Shown: positions 27,446 to 40,682 of the stretch, one piece after another
Position numbering within the stretch: the first letter of the stretch is position 1
Layout of the letters: each line of letters starts with the position of its first letter
Origin: the human T2T-CHM13v2.0 reference genome, Homo sapiens
Assembly (NCBI RefSeq): GCF_009914755.1
Contig: NC_060925.1
Reading direction: 5' to 3' (one strand)
DNA length: 64,000 nt
The notes under the pieces: generated by a model
What the model was told of the DNA's origin: nothing
Database searches by the model: none
The model's input: the letters and a program-made list of their open reading frames with translations, nothing else
Translations under genes and position numbers: made by a program

Positions 27446-28690
27446 AACAGCTAGTCTCACTTTTTTCCATGCTTTTTTCTAGCCATTGTCTAAGTATCTG
27501 TGTTTGTGATGCATAGGTAATAATTACATATTAAAAACAAAGATATAATCATGGCATTAATATGATGTTGTGACTTGGTGTATTCTGTTATTTTTAGTTT
27601 ATATAATAAGAATTTTTCCAATACTGTTACATAGTCATAGTGAATGTTATTTTAATTACTTTATAATGTTCCTTTTATGGAAAGAGCATAGTTTACTTAA
27701 ATTTTAATATAAGACATTTAGACTGTTATTATTTTGTTATTATAAATGACATCACATAAAACATCTTCCTGAATATAGTTTTTTCCTTCATTTGGGTAAC
27801 ATAGGTAAGATGAATACCCATGAGTGAAATTCCTGGGTCTAAAAGTGTGTACCTTTTTATTACTCTTTGTTCATATTGCCACATTGATTTCCAGTAGGAT
27901 CACTCCAGTTTACACTTCCATGAATAATGTGTGAGATAAAGATTTTACTTTAGCCTTGCCAGCATGTGGGATTACAACTGAAATTTTTTTTGTGATTACA
28001 ATAGGTATCATATGGTATTGAACTGTTGTTTTAATTCCTTTTTTAAAAGATGATTTAGTGGGTTTGAAGTTTTTCATTATCTTGTTAATTCATTATAGCT
28101 CACATAGTGAAAACTGACTTTTCACGTGTATCTGTCGGGCATTAAGATTTTGGCTCTGTTTGCATTTTAAACTCTCAGGGGATAACCACCTCTTTTGTTC
28201 TCAGTTCACCAACTTTAGTAGCACTGGGAATATCCACTTGGGCCTGAATTGGCACCAAATGAAATGTTTTCCCTAAATAACAAGGCCCCTTTCAAAGTTT
28301 CCCGTCAAAGATGGATTCTAGCTAAAGTTGGAAATACACATCTAGATAGCGTTAATATAGCTCCACCAGAGTTTAAGGATTCTCTGATCTCCCCCCCTCC
28401 ACTTTTTATCCTCCCTGAGAATCAATAATGTCACTTCTCACGAGGCATGACAAGCTTTGCTCATCAAAGACACTGATTGGGCCACCGTGCAAGAGCTGTG
28501 CCTCTTTCCAATGGTTCCTCTGGATCCCTTAATTCCTAGATGCTGGAGAGGATAGAAGGGTCCCAGGACCTACTCTACTTAGGAAGAGATACTCTTCTCA
28601 CCCTCAGAGAAAGCTAGGTAAGATCCCCCATGAGGCTTTGAGAAAAGAGAGCCACATTGGCTTTGCCTCATGTTCAAAAGGAGTTCTCCT

Positions 28691-28775
28691 GGCTGGGCAT
28701 GGTGGTTTATGCCTGTAACCCCAGTGCTTTGGGAGGCTGAGGTGGGAGGATTGCTTGAGGTCAGGAGTTTGAGAT
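28691..28775 (+). mobile_element. Truncated Alu left monomer (FLAM/AluJ-like)
   Basis: ggctgggcatggtgg..ggaggattgcttgagg..ggagtttgaga, followed by an abrupt break. Confidence 0.85.
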
Positions 28776-29062
28776 TTTGCCTCTGAAGTCTGGAATTCCT
28801 GGGCAAGAGTCTAGCTTTGGTGCCCTTGGGCAGGGGCATATACTACCAGTCTTTATAGTCTCAGGTAGTCATATACTACTCAGTCTTTATGTCATGTGAA
28901 AACAGACTAATACACTACCTAATGTGATCATGCTGCCCCTGTCTGTCTGTACAGCCTCCAAGCTTGCCACCACTCCCCTGTGAGTCAAAGTTCCTGATTA
29001 GGCAGGCTGATCTTCTTTATTCCTCAATATACAGTGCTTTCCTATTTCCTCCATGTCTTCTT

Positions 29063-30063
29063 TTAAAACAAATTTCATTTACTTTTTATTTAAAATATTT
29101 TTCCCTCAGCTTTACTAAGGTATAATTGACAAATAAAAATTGTATATATTTACAGTGTATAATATGTTTTAATACACTCATGTTGTTAAATGATATGATA
29201 TGTAGTGTGTTAGTCCATTCTCACATGGCTATAAAGAACTACCTGAGATATATTAAGAATATATCTTGAATGTCCTTACCACAAAAAAAGTAAGTATGTG
29301 AGAGACAGATATGATAAACTAAGCTATTATCATATCTCTCACATATTATTTTTTGTGGTGAGAACACTCACGATATATTCTCTAAGCAATTTTCAAGTAA
29401 AATTATTGTCACCATGCTGTACAAAGGTTCTCCAGAACTTATCCCTCCTGTCTAACTGAAAATTTGTACCCTATGACCAACATGTTCCTGTCCCCAACCC
29501 CCATCCCCAGCCTCTGGCAACTACTGTTCTGCTCTCTGTTTCTATTAGCTCAACTTTTTTAGATTCCACATATAAATGAGATCATATAGTACTTGTATTT
29601 CTGTGCCTGGCTTATTTCACTTAGATTAATGTCCTTCAGGTTTATCTATGCTGTCACAAAAGACAGGAGTTCCTTCTTTTTAAAGACTGAATAGTATTTC
29701 ATTGTGTATATATACCACAATTTTTTATCCATTCATCTGCTGATGGACACTTAGGTTGATTACATATCTCAGCTATTGTGAATAATGCTGCAATAAATAT
29801 GAAAGTTCAGATTTTTCTTCAACATACAGATTTCATTTTCTTTGGGTATACACCCAGAAATGGAATTGCTGGGTCATATGGTAGTTCTATTTTTAATTTT
29901 TTGAGAAACCTCCATACTGTTTTCTATAATGGCTGTGCCAACTTGCATTCCTACCAACAGTGTACAAGGGTTTCCTTTCCTCCACATCCTCACCAATACT
30001 CATTATCTTTTGTCTTTGTGCTAATAGCCATTCTAACAGGTGTTAGGTGATGTCTCATTGTGG
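29063..30063 (-). mobile_element. L1MA-type 3' end, 5'-truncated, with intact TSD
   Basis: L1MA 3' UTR. Perfect 16-bp TSD tcctccatgtcttctt at 29047-29062 and 30064-30079. Confidence 0.9.
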
Positions 30064-31818
30064 TCCTCCATGTCTTCTTACATGTTGATCCCTTTGCCTG
30101 CTACATCCTTCCTTGCCTAGCTACCTCCCACTCCTTTTTCAAATCTTAGTGACACAAGATTACTCATTTATAGACTGAAGTAATTATGAGGTGCCAAAAT
30201 TATCAGATGATACAACGTTACTTCTATCTGTAAGCTTTCTTTGACTCTCCGTCCCCACTGCGGATTGGTTTAGATGCCATTTTTTACCGTGCTTGCATTT
30301 CTCCCTAACATAGTACTTTTGCTATCATTCTATAATTATCTGTTTATTTCCTCACTGGACTGTGAGATCCTTGAAGGTGAGAACTGTGTCCCATTCACCA
30401 CTGTAGCCCCACCATCGAATCATAGTGCACAGCACAGAGTAGATGCCCAATAATACACTTCGATAAATTAATAAAGGAGCAGAATCAAAATAGTCTACAG
30501 AGTTGGTAAATAGCTGGTGGCTTAAGAAGTCAGGGTTTTCTAAATTGTCCTTTATTGTAGCTACTTAGAGTTGCTGGGTATTCCAGTCCAGCATTCCTTG
30601 GATGACTGCTGGAATAAACAATAAAAAGAGGGTCTATAAAAAACAAACAAACAAACAAACAAAAAACAAAGAGGAAGTCATTATTTATAGTTGATTAAGC
30701 TTTTGTTTTCCCAGCTACAGTCCCTCAGAGGGCCTTCCTGCTCCTAGCCTGCTACTCTACAAGCATTCTATAAAGGACAAAGTATGGGCTTTGCAATTAC
30801 ATCTTGGTTTGACTCATGGCTCTGCCTTTTTCTGGCTCTAGCTTTTCAGCAGCCCCTATTGAATAAATGCCTATTGTTTTTCAGGCACCTGTTATTGGTA
30901 CTTTATGTATCTTAGCTCAAATCTGTAAGTATTTTTTACAAACCTGAATTGTAGGCATTACCATTCTCACACAGGTGAGGAAACTGAAGCTCTAAGAGTT
31001 ACAATTTGTTTTTGTTTGTTTGTTTTTTTGTTTTGTTTTGTTTTGTTTTTAGGTGGCATAAGCTAAAAAGTACCAGACCAAGGATTCAAACCCAAGTCTC
31101 ACTGGTTCGAGAGCCTGGACTTTTTTTTTTTTCCTATATTGCACTTCTAAGTTTCTCATAGTTATGAGCCCACAGTAGGTGATCACAAAATGTTATGAAT
31201 TATTTGCATTCTTCTTATGAAGAATTACAGTTTCTCTGAGTCAAATCTTTTCTTCCCTGAGCCAGCTCCTATATGTGGGCAGATGGAAGACAGTGACAAT
31301 TGTCCATTGCTTCCTTGAATATTGCATTTGTATCATGTTCACAAATACATTTACACAGATGTGTCTGTGGATAAAGATGGAGCAGACAAGACATGCTTTT
31401 CTTCATCTGCATATTATATCCCTAAATATGTCAATATTTTTTCTCTGCAAGTAGAGTACCACATTGGATCCTCCTTGTCTCTGTTTCAGTGGTTTTATAA
31501 TTACTTAGACAAGCAAGAATTCAGCAGCTGGCTCCCTACAGAGAAAGAACACTGGCTCCAGTGCTCCAGTACTTATACCAGTTGAAAGAAGAAAGAGCCC
31601 CTCATGCTGAGATGGATGATTGAGAGAAAAAGAGAGAAAGAGAAAGAAAGAAAGAAAGAGAGCAAGAATGAGAACCTGAGAATGACAAAGAGAGAGAGGC
31701 AGATTTAAAAAAAAAAAAAAGGTAAAAAAGCAACAGGGGAAAAGAAAGGGAGAATAAGACCCAGCTTTCTAAGACTTACTTGACTGGGTGCTGGAAGGCC
31801 CCTGGAGATCATCTAGTC

Positions 31819-32144
31819 CAGGGGTGGCAAACTGCACACTAGCCAAATCTGGTCTGTTTCCTGTTTTGTTTAGCTCACAGCTAAATATGATTTATATATT
31901 TTTAAATGATTCAAAACAGACAAGAAAATAATATTTTGTGACATGTGGAAATTATGTGAAATTCCAACTGCAATGTCCATAAATATTTATTGGGACACAG
32001 TTACACTCATTCATTCATATACCATCTATGCCCACTTTTGTACCACAAAGGTGGAGGTGAGTAGTTGTGGCAGAGATTGTTTGACCTGCAAAGTTTAAAA
32101 TATTTACTCTATTGCCCTATAAGAAAAAGTTTGCTGATCTACTA
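31819..32144 (+). mobile_element. MER58B-like hAT-Charlie MITE
   Basis: caggggtggcaaact...aaaagtttgctgatctacta. 8-bp TSD atctagtc at 31811-31818 and 32145-32152. Confidence 0.88.
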
Positions 32145-32241
32145 ATCTAGTCCAAACTTTAGACCCAACAGCCAACTTGAAGGCAGAGGTTATATGCATG
32201 TTTAAATCGATATTCCTGTTGCCCAGGACAGGGTCTAACAC

Positions 32242-33012
32242 CAAGACCGGCCACATAATTTATGGGGCTCTGTGCAAAATGAAAATGCAGAGTTCCTTTT
32301 TCAAAAAGCAGAAAAAAATGGCATTAGAGGTACTAAAATATAAAGCCTTTCCCTTTCTTCTGCTGTTTCTCTTGACCTATCATGGCATTTTTAATCTCTT
32401 ATTTAATGTTGTGCTCTCTTGGGTATAGGGGTAGTTGCAAAGTGAGTGCAGACCATCATGGGTGCCTAGAGGCTCCCCACTGAGATAAGATGCATAAGTG
32501 CACAGGGCCCACTGGCTGCTGGTTATACCACCATCTTGGCTTCTGCCAGCAAGAAAGACAGAGAAGTCCAGGCAGACATCTCCCATTTCCATGGGTTGGC
32601 TTCCCCAATCTACTGTAGATGGCAACCCCAAATGGTATTGCAACCATCACACTGGGATGAACTACATACCTGGATGAGAGTGGACAACTGCTGAGTTCCT
32701 CATGCAGAAGCCTCTGCCAGGACCCACGAGCTCCCTTTCCCTTTTCTCCCCAAGATGGAACCCACTCTGCCACTTCCATCTTGGGGAGAGAGAGGTCAGG
32801 TGGGGCTCAGGACACCAGCAGGTGAGGAAGTAGGTGGCTAAGAGCCCTGCCTGAGGAGGTGGGGAGTTGGTAGAATGTGGAACTGTGCATGTGCTGAGAC
32901 TCCAGAGAGTTTTAAGACAGTGACCACAGACCATTAAATTCTAAAGGCAGGGTCTTTCTGAGTGGGGGTCCCGTTCCACTGCACAGGTTGTGCATGTAGA
33001 AAGCTGGTCCTG
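32242..33012 (-). mobile_element. MER45B/C-like hAT-Tip100 element
   Basis: caagaccggccacataatttatggggctctgtgcaaaatgaaaatgc...aagctggtcctg. Degenerate 8-bp TSD tctaacac/cctagcac. Confidence 0.75.
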
Positions 33013-33203
33013 CCTAGCACACACTAGAGGCTGAAGTGCTGTTGTATTAAGGATGTTTTTGGCTGAGACAATATGCCATGGTGAAAAAGTACCTGGATAT
33101 CCAGCTCTACCACTTCCTGACCCAGAGCTGATTGTTTTGTCACTGTAAAACATGTATTTCTTTAAGTGTTCAAGTGTAATAAAAGGGAATAACAATGCTC
33201 TAA

Positions 33204-33575
<372 letters not shown>

Positions 33576-35295
33576 ACGGTCAGCCACAAATTCTTATTGG
33601 CTCCACCATATTAGCTTCCAGTCTCATTCCCTGATTCCCAAGACATTCAGAGAGGTTTCAGGATGATGAGGTCAACAGATAAGTGTGAGAAGCCAAAAGG
33701 GTGCTGTGGGATCCCATGGAGGAAAGCAGTGAAGTCTAACTGGGGGCATCTTGACAAATTTCCTAAAGAGAAGGACTTAGGACTGTTTCTTATAGGGTGG
33801 CTGGATTTCTCAAGGTGGAGAAAGGGGAAAGAGGGCTTGTGGGCCCTGGCAGAATCTTCTGTGTGAGCAAAGACCCAGAGATAGGGAATCACGTGTGCAT
33901 CTGCAGTGTGGTGAATATTCCAGTATGACGAGGGCATAGAGGAAAAAGATGACGTCTAGGAGGTGGTCTTGCTAAGGGCATACTCTAGAGTTTTCTATGC
34001 CCTACTTAGGAGTTTGACTTTTATTTCTGAGACAACTAAAACCCACTAAAGGGCACAGTGATGGAGAAGGAGGCCTTACTGATGTGTGCCCTTGGCCATG
34101 TCAGAAGCTGTAGACAGTGAGAATAGGCTCAGTGCAGTTTATTCCCACCGAAGAGGCAAGCACATGACAGGTAAGAGGGAACTAATGTTTGGAGGCAGTC
34201 TACCATGGCCCAGGGCTGTGTGAGGTATTTTTGTTCCTAGCACAACAACCCCATGGGAGAAGCATTATAAACCCCCTTTTATAGGGGGGAATTGAGGCTC
34301 AGAGAGAATAGACGTCCCTCTGAAGATCACACAGCTAGCAATGAGGCAGAGTCAGTATTTTGCCTTGGGTCTACCTAACACCCTTGGCCTAAACTCTTAC
34401 TGATGTCCTACTTTGCTTTTCAAGATCCAAGCAAGCAGGCCAAAGCCACACATTTCCCAGGAGACAAGCCACAGGCCTTGTCAAAAGTCTCCTGATCCTC
34501 TAGGTAGAAATGACCACTACATTTTGGCCCTATTTTTGTTGAAATCACCAGTATCTGTAACTGTGTGCTCTTTGAGGACCTATCTCCTCTCTGTGTTCCT
34601 AGAATCTGGCAAAGGGCCTGGCACAGGGTAGATGATCAGTCTCTGTTTGTAGAATGAATGAGCAAATTAATGATCAGACTGGGATTTTTCTAATTCCTCT
34701 TGGAGTTCATGGCCCTCTTAATTGGAAGCCAAAGCCAAAAGCAACCCTTGCAGTTTTCAGAAAGAGGCATGCTGAGGCTGAGGGCTGTGAGGATGACACA
34801 CAGTTCTAGCATCAGAACCAAATTTACAGCAAATAGTTCCCATAAACAGCACAAGCAACTCAGTTAGGCTAATTTATGTTCACACCAGGGCTGTCCTGGC
34901 CCCCAAAGCCCAGAGCTCTTTACAATTCCAAAATGATTAAAAGCATCATACAAACCCATATTTTCCATTTTTATTAAAAGCACTAAGGCGGGCAGTGCTT
35001 TCTGCATGTCAATGGGGAGCTACTTTCTGACCCAGGGAGAAAAGCCAAGGCAGAATCTGCACATCCAGCTCTGGGTATCCTTCTGCCTCAAAACCGCACT
35101 ATCCTTCTGTCCGTTAGAGGAGTTCTGCCCCTTTCACCCACTTCCTCTGCGCCATAGCCTGCCCCACCCAAGCCCACCTTTGCTCAAACTATGTTCAGTT
35201 AGAGGCACAACCCTACTTAAGGTCTTTAAAGACTTTACTGTCCAAGCTTCTTAACCTGACATCCAAGGAAGGCCTTTCCCAGAATGGTGCAAACT

Positions 35296-35462
35296 GCCTG
35301 CTTCCCCTACACCTTCTGCCATGATTGATTGCAAGTTTCCTGAGGACTCTGCAGCCATGCCTCCTGTACAGCTTATGGAATCGTGAATCCATTAACCTTA
35401 TTTTCATTATAAATACCAGGGTCAGTTAGTTCTTTATAGCAATGTGAGAACAGGCTAATACA
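35296..35462 (+). mobile_element. MST/THE1-type LTR 3' part inside an L2
   Basis: ttctgccatgattg..aagtttcctgagg..ttctttatagcaatgtgagaacaggctaataca. Confidence 0.85.
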
Positions 35463-36711
35463 GTATGCTTCTGCATTTTGGAATACAAGCTCAATGCAGG
35501 TAGGGAGTTGTGTATGCTTTGTTCCTTAGTCTATCCCCAGAACCCAAATGGTGCCTGGCGCATAGTAGGCATCGAATAAATATCTATGAAAATAATAAAA
35601 TTACATTTGTTTTTATAACAACAGAGGCATCTGCACCTTTGTTTGGTCGCCTTTCTTTTAAAGAATTTGGTCTCAGCCTCAGGGCAACACTCCCAATGCA
35701 GGCAGAAAGCCTAGTTTATTTCCAGACCCTCCAACTTTCAACAAAGAAGCTAAAGGAGCCAAAAAGAAGGATCCACATGTAAAGTTCATGCCATCAGGAA
35801 TCTTAGAAATGTGAGCTGTCAACCTTAGGCTCATAGCAAGAAGGTAGTGCTTGGGAAAGACCCACAGCACAAAGAAAAGCATTCTTTAAATGTAAACACT
35901 TTTAACATCACTACCAATGCCCTGCCCCTCCAAGGCACAATGACTGTGTTCAGTGTCACAGAAAGGAAAACACACATTAGCCAGATGGCAGGTTTCGGAC
36001 GCACGCCTGTGACATTATCTCTAATCATATACAGTCTATTTAATATCCGCTTTTTTGTGGGCTTCACAACTTATAATTATTGCCAGCAGGAAGAAAGCAA
36101 AAAAAAGGTAGGGAAATGTTGGAAGGGAGGGGTATAGACAGGAGGAAGAATTCTGATAGCAATAAACTGAGTGAGAAAGATAGGCCAGAGCTTATTAGAA
36201 AATATTAGAAACTATATTTGGATTAAAACTAAGAAAAATAAATTGTACATAAGCTATGAGACTGTGCAAGTCAGGAAGATCTTATAAGGCTTTCGGACTG
36301 TCTCATTACACTGTGTGTCTATGACACTGGAAGGGAGTTAGTGGGAAGTTATGAAATGTGTCAGATTTAGGGTCCAGACTAAGTATTTCATAAATCTATA
36401 CAGGACATGGAAAGGCCTCCAAGGTTAACAGCTGAACTCCTTCATTCTATAAAACAAAGGAAGGACCTGCAGGGCAAGGACTCAAATCTAGGCTTCCAGA
36501 TTCAGAGCACAGTTGAATCCCCTATAGTAGGCAACTGTAACCAGAGGCCCTTTCTCATGTCAATTACCCAGGGTCTTGAATTGGGAGGAATTTCCTCCGA
36601 GTTTGGGACTGGGACGGGGAGGATGGCAGAGAACTTCTGAGAACAACATGAGGCTAAAATGGGAAACTCTTCTGGATCCAGTGATCCTAACACTCAAGAT
36701 CACAGCCTGCT

Positions 36712-36714
<3 letters not shown>

Positions 36715-36747
<33 letters not shown>
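36715..36747. repeat. (GT)16 microsatellite
   Basis: Read directly from the sequence. Confidence 0.95.
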
Positions 36748-36748
<1 letters not shown>

Positions 36749-38682
36749 ATTTAGCAGGTGTGTACCTATGGTATACAGGTATTTGCCTATTGACAGAGCT
36801 GGGTTGTAACACTGGAACACAGGGCTAGAAGCAGAATCACCCACAGACAGGCAGGTTTCACTCCTGCTTTCCTTCCCACCAGTGCCTTGGCCTCCTTTCA
36901 CCCTGTCTCTCACGCAGGTTTACCCATACCTCAAGACTACCAAGGAGGTCCCCCTCTCCATACCCAGAATACCTATGGTAGAGATGCAGTGGTTTAGCCT
37001 CCAAGCTTCAACTTGTGTCATCTCTCAGAACTCTCTTTGCTACTTGTAAAACCTTTATCTGAGTCTTAGCTTTCACATGTGTAAAAATTCCTACCTTTGC
37101 AGGATTGTGGTGAGGATTAAATATTATATTACTTTAAAGGGTACTAGTACAGTCAGATAATTTATTGGAGTAAGAATCTATGTATATATTCTTGCATTTT
37201 TCCTTTCTCTCTTGCTCCAAGCAATAGCTAGGCTACTAGTCTTTGTTTCCCCTAGGGGTTTCTGAAGGAGAGGCAGTCAGAAGCTCCTTGGAGTCAGTGA
37301 TATTCTTGTGTTTTTGTGATGTCCAATGTCCACTGAAGAGACTGTGGATTGTGGATGTCCTTGAGGGGAAAAGAAGGAGCCAGGAAGAATGGATTTTGGG
37401 TGAAGATGCTGGGGGTTATTTCCCAAATAGAGAAGGGAATGAAGGTTGGTAAGTCTGTTACCCGTACTCTATTCTGTGGCAGCATCCCAGGGTGAGCTCA
37501 GGTTGGTATTTCATGGATACTTGCAGTCTGGCAGATTCATCAAAGATCGTTATGCCCATAGTAATGAATGAACGCAGAAGTGCAGGAACATGAGGGTGAA
37601 GGAAATGGTCGTGTTGGTGAGAACTGATCGGAACCAATAATCAATAATCAGAGAGACAGAGATACTACCCCAAATGCTTCTGATACTTTGATGCTGCATA
37701 AGATCCTGGGATCGTGGCGAAGTGTAGTGTTGGGGAGCCACAGAAATGGCAGAGACTCAATTTACTGATCAGTCCAGTAGGATGTGGGCTACAAATTTAA
37801 TTTAAATGCTTTTAACTAAAAAGAAATACATTTCTTACATTACTGAGTTTGTAGAACAAGATTCATACCCATTACAGTAGCCTGCCATGAAGAAATGCTC
37901 CCTAATAGGCAGATATCATTATTATTAATTAAGTCACTAAATGTTTTTGAGTAAATAAAAATCATAGTGTGGATCAGGTCACAGGAGTCAGTAAAGGTCT
38001 AGGAATCAGGTCAAGACTTTTTAGCTTGTGCTAAAAAGCATAAGCAAAGAATCAGAAAAAAGCTGAACTCAAGGAACAGAAACAACAGAGTCAAAAATGA
38101 CAAGAACCCAGTCCCAAATACCCTCTTCCAAAAACTTTCACTAAGCACGTATTTTGGACCAGGCACTAGATGCTGGAGTCATAATGATAAATCAAACCTG
38201 GTCCCTGGCATCAAGAAGCCCCCAGTCTGATGGAGGGCACATAAAGAGACCACTTCAGTTTAAAACGCTTGTTGCTATCTTAGGAACCTCTTACCAAAGG
38301 CCGGCTTCCTGTTTCAGCTCTACTGCCTTTTGTCTTCTGCCCAGAGATTTGCTTTCAAATAAGATAAGAGTTCAGGCACATAGGCATGGCTAATTAAGAC
38401 AACTCACTGGTCAGGCAGAAAATTTGGTGGCTGGAAGAAAGCATTTCCTAGTACAGGCACTACATGGGAACTTCACTCTACTCCCAGCTGAGTATGAGGA
38501 TTTCCCTGCCCATGGAGCTCATACAACCATTAAATGGCAGAACTAGGCCTTTAGCTAGGATGGTCAGACACCCAACCCTGAACTTTTTTCATTAAACCAT
38601 GCTGTCTCCAGAAATGACCCTAGGAATTAATAGCTTATGTTCTAATAAGGGGAAGAGCAGAAATAAAAATGAGAATACACAT

Positions 38683-39708
38683 TGTATTTATTTCCTAGGG
38701 CTGCCATAACAAATTACTACAAACTAGGTGACTTAAAACAATAGAAATTTATTTTATTACAGCTCTAGAGTCTAGAAGTCTAAAATTAAAGTGCAGAGAG
38801 TGCAGAGGCATGCTCTCTCCAAAAGTTCTAAGGAGTAATCTCAGAGGCAATAATTTTGCCTCTTCCAGCTTCTGGTGGTTGCTGGCAGTCTTTGGAGCTC
38901 CTTGGTTTGTGGCAGCATTATTCCCATCTCTGCTTCTGTTGTCACATGGCATTCTCTCTGACTGTCTGTGTCCTTGTGTCTTCACATTGCCTTCTTTTAA
39001 AGACACAAGTCACTGAATTTAGGGCCAACCCGAATCCAGTGTAATCACATGTTCACTTGATTGCATCTGCAAAGACCTTTTCTCTTTTTTCTTTTTTTTA
39101 ATTTAGAAAGTTTATTTTGCCAAGGTTGAGGACACATGCCTAGGACACATGCCTGTAACACAGCCACAGGGGGTCCTGATGACATGTGCCCAAGGTGGTC
39201 AGAGCACAGCTTGGTTTTATACATTTTAGGGAGATGATAAACATCAATCAACATATGTAAAATGAACATTGGTTCCGTCTGAAAAGGCAGGACAACTCGA
39301 AGTAAAAGCGGGGCAACACTTGAAGCGGGGAGGGGGCTTCAGGGCACAGGTAGGTGAGAGACAAACAGTTGCATTCTTTTGAGTTTCTGATTAGCCTTTC
39401 CAAAGCAGGCAATTAGATACACATTTATCTCAGTGAGCAGAGGGATGACTTTGAATAGAATGGGAGGCAGGTTTGCCCTAAGCAGTTCCCAGCTTGAATT
39501 TTCCCTTTTGCTTAGTGATTTGGGGGCCCAGGATATTTTCCTCTAACCATTCCCCGCCTTTTCTTTTTTAAAATCTTTTGGAGAAAGCATTTTAAAAGAA
39601 AATGAGTTTCTGGTTAGACCATCTTTCTAAATAAGGTCACATACACAGGTACCAGGGGTTCAGACTTTAATATATCTTTCAGGGGAATACAGTTAGACTC
39701 AGAATACA
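38683..39708 (-). mobile_element. MLT1B/C-like LTR split by a MER4A-type insertion
   Basis: tgtatttatttcctagggctgccataacaaattactacaaact...tctgcaaagacc//tttctaaataaggtcacatacacaggtaccagggg. Confidence 0.85.
39084..39615 (-). mobile_element. MER4A-type ERV1 copy: short internal piece, PPT, U3-R, poly(A); no U5
   Basis: MER4A-like body; AATAAA at 39116-39111 followed 11 nt later by an A tract; PPT at 39550-39569; flanking agaccttttct / agaccatctttct. Confidence 0.8.
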
Positions 39709-39971
39709 CCCCTTCAAAATACACACACCTGCATATACACAGACAGAAAGGAGAAACCTTCTGGAGTGCACTTATCTACTGTACACTGCTGAATATCCAT
39801 GAGAACACCCCTACAAAAATCGAAGTATACACTAAATAAACACATACTTGCCTGACAGCTGGGGCTGCTCAGCTGACTTTAGACCTGCCTGTACCAATGG
39901 GTGGTTTGGACCATGACAGAGGAGCTGGAGGTAGAGGAGAGAATCTACCAACCTAAAATGTACCCAGTCCC

Positions 39972-40682
<711 letters not shown>

